DNA from: a virus
Taxonomy: Duplodnaviria > Heunggongvirae > Uroviricota > Caudoviricetes
Reading direction: 5' to 3' (one strand)
Length of the DNA: 11,868 nucleotides
Virus record (IMG/VR): IMGVR_UViG_3300028956_000026
Span: 1-11,868 of that record
Every line of letters starts with the position of its first letter. Positions within the stretch are counted from its first letter, which is position 1. Below the pieces are notes generated by a model. The model made no database searches. It saw nothing but the letters and a program-made list of their open reading frames with translations, and was not told the origin of the DNA. Position numbers and translations under genes: made by a program. This document shows, piece by piece, positions 7,186 through 11,868 of this stretch.

Positions 7186-7239
7186 TTTCTGGAAAATCGC
7201 CTCATATATGAATCAGTAGATGATTCAATTTAAAGCAAT

Positions 7240-7256
7240 ATTACCCAACAGGTAAA
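7240..7256. promoter_or_regulatory. Operator-like dyad ATTACCcaacaGGTAAA (oR region)
   Basis: In the divergent intergenic region between repressor and cro-like genes. Its reverse complement TTTACCtgttgGGTAAT is nearly identical to the copy at 9571-9587. Confidence 0.45.
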
Positions 7257-7285
7257 TGCACCTCATGGGTAACTATCCTTGATTT

Positions 7286-7314
7286 TTGTTACCTTATAGG
7301 TGAATATTTATTAT
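7286..7314 (+). promoter_or_regulatory. pR-like sigma-70 promoter with overlapping operator dyad GTTACCttataGGTGAA (7288-7304)
   Basis: -35 TTGTTA (7286-7291), 17-bp spacer, -10 TATTAT (7309-7314), 25 bp upstream of the cro-like ATG. The dyad overlaps the -35 and spacer. Confidence 0.5.
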
Positions 7315-7339
7315 CTGAAATAAATATCAGGCAATAGCT

Positions 7340-7570
7340 ATGAGCGATAACGGACATTTCGATTTCAAAAAGCACTGGCTTGCACTTACTCCGGATGAGC
7401 GTGAAGCCTTCGCACAGGAAGCCGGAACGACGAGTCACTATATCCAGACTCACTTAACAGGTAAGCGCAAAATGCCAGGTAAGGTATTGATGGATGGGCT
7501 TTTTAAAGCCTGTAAATCAAGACAATGGCTGCGCTCAAAAGCAGAACTGGCATACTTCTTCTACTCATGA
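7340..7570 (+). CDS. Cro-like small HTH regulator
   Basis: 76 aa, divergent from the repressor and first gene of the rightward operon. Putative HTH around LTPDEREAFAQEAGTTSHYIQTHL. Confidence 0.65.
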   Translation: MSDNGHFDFKKHWLALTPDEREAFAQEAGTTSHYIQTHLTGKRKMPGKVLMDGLFKACKSRQWLRSKAELAYFFYS

Positions 7571-7592
7571 TATCCAGCCACAACCCTCTGTA

Positions 7593-7614
7593 GACCGCCA
7601 TCCGGCGGTCTTTT
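7593..7614 (+). terminator. Rho-independent terminator downstream of the cro-like gene (tR1-like)
   Basis: Stem GACCGCC (7593-7599) / GGCGGTC (7604-7610), loop ATCC, followed by TTTT. Confidence 0.6.
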
Positions 7615-7624
7615 CATATCTATT

Positions 7625-7641
7625 CGTACCTCAAAGGTAAT
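7625..7641. promoter_or_regulatory. Operator-like dyad CGTACCtcaaaGGTAAT
   Basis: Degenerate member of the ATTACC-N5-GGTAAT family, about 80 bp upstream of the zinc-finger ORF. Confidence 0.35.
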
Positions 7642-7720
7642 AAAAAACCAAATATGGTTGATCTTTTTTTTGTGTCAGCACAAAATAACCGTAATCCCAA
7701 TACTAATAACAGGGCTTACC

Positions 7721-7921
7721 ATGGAAATCATTACACGTATTGATGCCGCAAAGCGCGGACTTAAACGCTACTACACCGGAAAAACATGTAAGCACGGACA
7801 TGACAGTGAACGCTGGGTTTACAACGGACACTGTGTTGAGTGCACCATGGAATCAAACCGTCGTATCAGGGCAGAGATTAAGCAGATCATGATTAATTCC
7901 TCCCCACAACATTCAAGCTGA
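7721..7921 (+). CDS. Small zinc-finger-like protein (66 aa) at the cII position
   Basis: Start ATG 7721 with AGGG Shine-Dalgarno; the track ORF begins at an upstream TTG (7658). Sequence contains C-x-H-x-H ... H-C-x-x-C (GKTCKHGHDSERWVYNGHCVEC), suggesting a zinc ribbon. Confidence 0.55.
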   Translation: MEIITRIDAAKRGLKRYYTGKTCKHGHDSERWVYNGHCVECTMESNRRIRAEIKQIMINSSPQHSS

Positions 7922-7936
7922 TAGCGGAGATTAATC

Positions 7937-8752
7937 ATGAGCAGACATGCAACAGATTGGGCCTGGGAGACAGATCCAGGTAGCTCGTCATTAAAGCTCA
8001 TACTGCTCTCGATGGCTGACAGAGCCGATGAATATAACCTCTGCTACCCCAGCATAGAACGCCTCGTTAAAGACACTTGCCTGAATAAAAAAACCGTGCA
8101 GGCCGGGCTTATATCGCTCATGAAAATGGGGCTTATTTCAGATACCGGAGAGAGAAAGGGAGCGACGAAAAGAGTGCGGGTTTTCTCTCTTAATATAACC
8201 AAAAACGGGAACATTAAAGGCAACCGGGAAGGGGGTAATGAACCCGAAAACGGTAATGTTACCGAAAACGGGAATATACACAAAAACGGGATGTTGAATG
8301 ATCCCAAAAACGGGATGTTGAATGATCCCAAAAACGGGATCCAGAACCAGTCATATAACCAGTCATTTAACCAAGAGAGGGAGAGCAGGACAAAAAGCGG
8401 GGATTCTGTGCCTCATGACCCCGGCGCAAACAACGCCGTGATGAATAACTTTGTTCCTCCTGGTGGGCCAGGGCAATTAGGCAAATTTGTCATGCATGAA
8501 CAATGGCAACCATCAGATGACTTTCTTCGGAAAAGCTCATTGCAGGGGATCTACCTGGACAGTCTGCCAACGGCACAGGAACTTGCAGAGTTCAGAATTT
8601 ACTGGATGGCTGAGGGTAAGGCATACCATCAGGCGCAGTGGGAGCAGAAGCTGGCAAGGCGGCTGCAGATTAGCAGACAGAAGCAATCAACATTACCTGA
8701 TAACAACGTTCCGCACTGGAACAGCCCTGAAGCATGGGAGGATTTCTTGTGA
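7937..8752 (+). CDS. Replication initiator, O-like (winged-helix N-terminus, repeat-encoded linker, DnaT-like C-terminus)
   Basis: 271 aa with GGAGA Shine-Dalgarno. Central N/G-rich linker is encoded by DNA iterons. Positioned immediately before the P-like gene, with the stop overlapping its start. Confidence 0.7.
   Translation: MSRHATDWAWETDPGSSSLKLILLSMADRADEYNLCYPSIERLVKDTCLNKKTVQAGLISLMKMGLISDTGERKGATKRVRVFSLNITKNGNIKGNREGGNEPENGNVTENGNIHKNGMLNDPKNGMLNDPKNGIQNQSYNQSFNQERESRTKSGDSVPHDPGANNAVMNNFVPPGGPGQLGKFVMHEQWQPSDDFLRKSSLQGIYLDSLPTAQELAEFRIYWMAEGKAYHQAQWEQKLARRLQISRQKQSTLPDNNVPHWNSPEAWEDFL
8198..8342. repeat. Origin-type iterons inside the O-like gene
   Basis: Six to seven copies of CC(C/G)AAAAACGG(G/T)A; the last three form a 24-bp tandem unit CCCAAAAACGGGATGTTGAATGAT (8279-8342). 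Followed by an AT-rich ACCAGTCAT(A/T)TAACCA duplication (8355-8375). Confidence 0.7.
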
Positions 8753-9534
8753 ACAACGTTTTTACCGCAATACAAAACCGTGACGGAGAAGCCCTTTCTC
8801 GCATGTCAGGTTATGAGCATCAGTACGTCAACAATGACAACGTAGTGAACATGTCAGCAGAGAGGCTTGTTGATGCCCTTTTCAAACAGTTGAAACAACT
8901 GTTTCCGGCGGCAGTGGTAACCAACCTGAAGACGCCAGAGCAGGAAGTTGCTGCAAAACAGCAGTGGATTGCTGCGTTTGCCGAAGGGGGGATCCGAACC
9001 CGTGAACAGGTTTCTGCTGGTATGCGCCACGCCCGCGCCAGTGATTCTCCGTTCTGGCCGTCGCCAGGGCAATTCATCAAGTGGTGCAAAGACAGCAAGA
9101 TGGTTCTTGGCGTCACCATTGACGATGTGATGACGGAGTTTCACCGGTACAGCAAGGAAAAAAGTTTATATCCTGGTGGTCCCGAAAGATTCCCGTGGCG
9201 GCATCCGGTTATGTACTGGGTCGTATGTGATACCCGCCGTGCAATGTATCAGCGCCAGCTTAGCGAGATAGAGGTTGAGAAACACGCGCGCAGGCTGCTC
9301 GATGATTGGGCGAAAAAGGTGGCTTCCGGACAGCAGATACCCGATCCGGTGATCAGCATACAGGCAAAGCCAGAACCCATGAGTACGCCTCCGGACACAG
9401 GGAGAGACGTTTACCATCCACCAGGGCGAAGTTTCGGGTGCATGCCTAACGCCGCCACCCTTGGGGGAATAACACCGGCGCAGTGGCTGATGGAGGAATA
9501 CAGGCGGGGAAAGGCGGCAGGATTTATCAAGTAA
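8749..9534 (+). CDS. Replication protein P-like helicase (DnaB) loader
   Basis: Clear similarity to lambda P (PFWPSPGQFIKWCKD versus PFLPSPGQFVAWCRE; REQVSAGMRHAR versus MEQVNAGMRVAR). Start placed at GTG 8749, which overlaps the O-like stop as GTGA and has a GGGAGG Shine-Dalgarno; the track start is ATG 8734 without one. Confidence 0.85.
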   Translation: MNNVFTAIQNRDGEALSRMSGYEHQYVNNDNVVNMSAERLVDALFKQLKQLFPAAVVTNLKTPEQEVAAKQQWIAAFAEGGIRTREQVSAGMRHARASDSPFWPSPGQFIKWCKDSKMVLGVTIDDVMTEFHRYSKEKSLYPGGPERFPWRHPVMYWVVCDTRRAMYQRQLSEIEVEKHARRLLDDWAKKVASGQQIPDPVISIQAKPEPMSTPPDTGRDVYHPPGRSFGCMPNAATLGGITPAQWLMEEYRRGKAAGFIK

Positions 9535-9537
9535 TAC

Positions 9538-9560
9538 CAGCGCGATAGCGCATTTTTTTA
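9538..9560 (+). terminator. Weak terminator-like hairpin plus T-tract after the P-like gene
   Basis: Short stem GCGC/GCGC with loop GATA, followed by ATTTTTTT. The stem is only 4 bp, so this is weak. Confidence 0.25.
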
Positions 9561-9570
9561 CGCCTTGATA

Positions 9571-9587
9571 ATTACCTGTTGGGTAAT
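9571..9587. promoter_or_regulatory. Operator-like perfect dyad ATTACCtgttgGGTAAT
   Basis: Perfect palindromic arms, 65 bp upstream of the DUF1064-like gene. Confidence 0.45.
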
Positions 9588-9633
9588 AAAATATTCTAAA
9601 CTCTATTGATTTCGTGTCTTATGTGGTTTTTAA

Positions 9634-9650
9634 TTACCTTAGAGGTAAAT
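9634..9650. promoter_or_regulatory. Operator-like dyad ATTACCttagaGGTAAA overlapping the RBS of the DUF1064-like gene
   Basis: Ends 1 bp before the ATG at 9652; the GGTAA half doubles as the GAGGT Shine-Dalgarno. Confidence 0.4.
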
Positions 9651-9651
9651 C

Positions 9652-9996
9652 ATGAGAAAACAGATACAGGCTCTTGGTCGACTCAAAACAGGCCAGATGA
9701 ACAAAACAGAATCTGCGTATTGCCAGCACCTTGAGCTGCGTAAACGTGCAGGGGAAATCGCCTGGTATCGATTCGAGGGTATCAAGCTGCGGTTAGCTGA
9801 CAACACGTTCTATACGCCCGATTTTGCTGTGATGCTCGCCACCGGCGAGATGGAACTACACGAAGTGAAAGGTTTCTGGACCGATGACGCCAGAGTGAAA
9901 ACCAAAGTCGCCGCAGATCAGTATCCGTTCCGAATCATCGGGGTAACGGTTAAGCCAAAGAAAGCAGGTGGTGGCTGGAACATCGAAGAGTTCTGA
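9652..9996 (+). CDS. DUF1064-like phage protein (nuclease-fold family)
   Basis: 114 aa. Pattern KTESAYCQHLELRKRAGEI...YTPDFAV...EVKGFWTDDARVK matches my recollection of DUF1064. Good Shine-Dalgarno. Confidence 0.6.
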   Translation: MRKQIQALGRLKTGQMNKTESAYCQHLELRKRAGEIAWYRFEGIKLRLADNTFYTPDFAVMLATGEMELHEVKGFWTDDARVKTKVAADQYPFRIIGVTVKPKKAGGGWNIEEF

Positions 9997-10057
9997 ATCG
10001 ACGATCTTTTTAGTTATCAATGTAATCAATAAGTTATGTGGATAAGCGAGGGTAAAG

Positions 10058-10717
10058 ATGGACGGTAATATCAAAGGGTTAGTTTCCGCCGGGCATGAGA
10101 TGGCTTCGGAACTGAAAGCTGAATGTGGTGCCGTTGATATGCGCAGTGTGGCAAAGCTGATCAGCGATTTGGCAACGCAACTGGAAGTGCAACTGGTGCG
10201 TGCTAATGCGCTGGCCGAAGACCACCAGAAAGCGATTGAATCAATTAAGCAGGCTGATGCGGCTGTTAAGTTGGCACACGAGAAGTTTTCGGCGCTGGCA
10301 GCGGAGAATGCGGGGCTAAAGGCGATATGTGATGACCGTCGCAGGTTCATCATGAATGGGGTGCAGATGGGTTATATCAAGGTTCCAGCAGCGGAAACAG
10401 ATCCAGACCTTGAGACAATTCGCATTGCTATATCACCACAAAAGCCCATTCCAGCCACCGATGCTTTCCTGACTGAAATTCGTGCGGAAGCACGCAACGA
10501 GGGGATTAACTATACCGCCAGCCGTCTTGCTGCTGCGTTCAATCACGGATTTATCAATAAGTCTTTGCGTGAAGTTTTCGACGTTACACGCATGATTTTG
10601 TCAGCGAAAGAAGAGTTGGCTAATGAAGCGCATCCGATTGATGGCCTGTCTGGTGAATATGCGGAGAAATCCCTTGAAGAATGGGCGGAACAAATTCGCA
10701 AAGGAAGCAGCCAGTGA
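10058..10717 (+). CDS. Hypothetical phage protein with coiled-coil N-terminal half (ea-region type, possibly Ead/Ea22-like)
   Basis: 219 aa with GAGGGT Shine-Dalgarno. Stop TGA (10715-10717) overlaps the next GTG start. Confidence 0.6.
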   Translation: MDGNIKGLVSAGHEMASELKAECGAVDMRSVAKLISDLATQLEVQLVRANALAEDHQKAIESIKQADAAVKLAHEKFSALAAENAGLKAICDDRRRFIMNGVQMGYIKVPAAETDPDLETIRIAISPQKPIPATDAFLTEIRAEARNEGINYTASRLAAAFNHGFINKSLREVFDVTRMILSAKEELANEAHPIDGLSGEYAEKSLEEWAEQIRKGSSQ

Positions 10718-11207
10718 GCGAAATTAATTACCAGGCACTGCGTGAGGCGGCGGAACGTGCAATTCCAGCAATGGNNNNNNNNNNNNNNNNNNNNNNNNNN
10801 NNNATGATGATTTGTTAAGTGAACAGGAACTTAAAGATTACGGTGTGGATATTGATGCGCTCAACGCCTTCAAATTTCTGGCCGGACCAGAAACCGTGCT
10901 GGCACTACTGGATGAACGGGAAAGGAACCAGCAATACATCAAATCACGCGACCAGGAGAACGAGGATATTGCGCTAACGGTAGGGAAGTTGCGCGTTGAG
11001 CTTGAGGCAGAAAAACAGCGGGCAAAGGATCTGTTTATGGAAAATGCTCGGCTTAAGTCAGGTATAGCCGGTCTGATACACCTCGGTATTCGATATGCAG
11101 ATGTTGATGTCATGAAAATTGCTGGAGATGCCCAGCTTTCTACCCCATACACTGACAGCATCATAAACAGCATTGCAACAGGCATTCGCATCAACGGAGG
11201 TGAGTAG
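10714..11207 (+). CDS. Ead/Ea22-like family protein (tentative), interrupted by the N-gap
   Basis: GTG 10714 with AAGGAAG Shine-Dalgarno; N-terminus VSEINYQALREAAERAIPAM then Ns. Open frame resumes after the gap (..DDLLSEQELKDYG...GIRINGGE, stop 11205-11207). Frame continuity across the gap cannot be established. Confidence 0.45.
10775..10803. other. Assembly gap (29 N)
   Basis: Run of N characters directly visible in the sequence. Confidence 1.
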
Positions 11208-11383
11208 TGCGTGTGGCATGTATTGGCTTGTTACCGTACCCGACTCGTTTTTGGGCTTCTGCGCTAATTGCAAAGCCGTATGTCCTGATGGCTGACAACA
11301 TCATCCCGGCACCAAAGCGCCGCCATACCGGTATTGCAGCGGCACGACGAGCAGCAAAGAGACGCAGGAGAGCAAAACGATGA
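11207..11383 (+). CDS. Small Arg-rich hypothetical protein (58 aa)
   Basis: Not in the ORF track. GTG start overlaps the previous stop, with GGAGG Shine-Dalgarno 5-6 nt upstream. Basic C-terminus ...AARRAAKRRRRAKR. Stop overlaps the next ATG as ATGA. Confidence 0.35.
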   Translation: MRVACIGLLPYPTRFWASALIAKPYVLMADNIIPAPKRRHTGIAAARRAAKRRRRAKR

Positions 11384-11568
11384 AAAACCGTAAAGCAAAG
11401 ATTCTGTTAGTTCGCAGAAACGCTCCTGGCGTCTGGCAGTGGGTGAGACTCAGCAACCGACGGGTGGGGTTAATGAAACGTTACGGGATGATGGATTGTG
11501 GTTTTTGCAAAAAGCCCAGCGCGGCGCAAAACCGCTGGAAAAACAACTTGCGCACTAAAGGAGAGTGA
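11380..11568 (+). CDS. Small basic hypothetical protein (62 aa)
   Basis: ATG with AGGAGA Shine-Dalgarno, ATGA-coupled to the upstream ORF. Contains a C-G-F-C pair near the C-terminus. Confidence 0.45.
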   Translation: MKNRKAKILLVRRNAPGVWQWVRLSNRRVGLMKRYGMMDCGFCKKPSAAQNRWKNNLRTKGE

Positions 11569-11569
11569 T

Positions 11570-11868
11570 ATGACCACTATAACCGATAAGAAACAGTATC
11601 CAGGCGAGCAATATCTTAATGAGCTAATCACCAACATAGAGTTTGCTGCAAGGGCACCAGTTGAAGTCGTGAGAGCGATGGCAGCAGAGCTACGGAAGCG
11701 GCGCGAAGCTGATAGTGCAGAACCTGCAAGTAATCATGAAGAGTTGCCGCTTGATTATCTCCAAGGTCAAAAAGATGGTCTTGAATGGGCTGCGCAGCTT
11801 GCAGAAGCAAATCACCCACAAACTGGCGACTGGCTTTACGATGACCCGCTGGAGCTGGCTAAAGCTAT
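11570..11868 (+). CDS. Hypothetical phage protein, 5' part only (runs off the window end)
   Basis: ATG 11570 preceded by a strong AAGGAG Shine-Dalgarno; frame open to the last base (MTTITDKKQYPGEQYLNELITNIEFAARAP...). Confidence 0.55.
   Translation, partial: MTTITDKKQYPGEQYLNELITNIEFAARAPVEVVRAMAAELRKRREADSAEPASNHEELPLDYLQGQKDGLEWAAQLAEANHPQTGDWLYDDPLELAKA

Larger units (their letters stand above)
205..11868. mobile_element. Lambdoid-type prophage, left portion (continues beyond the window end); attL presumably within about 205-396
   Basis: Integrase next to a housekeeping gene end, followed by recombination, immunity and replication modules in lambdoid order. The att core cannot be defined without the other junction. 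Confidence 0.8.

Noticed and set aside
7186-7206. Seven-codon uORF (ATG AGG CGA TTT TCC AGA AAA TGA) overlapping the repressor ATG on the minus strand
   Set aside because: Too short to evaluate and likely coincidental; kept only as a note because an overlapping uORF could modulate repressor translation.
9856-10353. 165-aa minus-strand ORF spanning the DUF1064 and 10058 genes
   Set aside because: Antisense to two well-supported plus-strand genes; Ser/Ala-rich low-complexity translation; no promoter or ribosome-binding-site context.
1-11868. CRISPR arrays or defence-island hallmarks (large ATPases or nucleases)
   Set aside because: No spaced direct-repeat arrays other than the ori iterons; no large ORFs consistent with known defence systems; gene content is fully explained by prophage modules.

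Overview
This window is the left part of a lambdoid-type prophage of an enterobacterium, inserted directly downstream of the 3' end of guaA (GMP synthase) and running off the right edge of the window. All calls are by eye from the sequence and ORF track; no searches were run. From left to right: the guaA 3' end and its terminator; a P4/CP4-57-type tyrosine integrase (+); a leftward (minus-strand) early operon read from a pL-like promoter near 6480-6510 (small 49-aa ORF, coiled-coil TolA-like protein, Gam-like protein, RecE-like exonuclease, Bet/RecT annealing protein, AlpA-family excisionase/regulator, PerC-like protein, MT-A70 adenine methyltransferase, small acidic protein); an immunity switch (CI-like repressor without a peptidase domain, divergent from a Cro-like gene); and a rightward operon (Cro-like, small zinc-finger protein, O-like initiator with internal origin iterons, lambda P-like helicase loader, DUF1064-like protein, Ea22-like proteins, three small or partial ORFs). 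The most striking signal is a 17-bp dyad, ATTACC-N5-GGTAAT, present at eight intergenic positions including upstream of int and of the DUF1064 gene. A 29-N assembly gap lies at 10775-10803.
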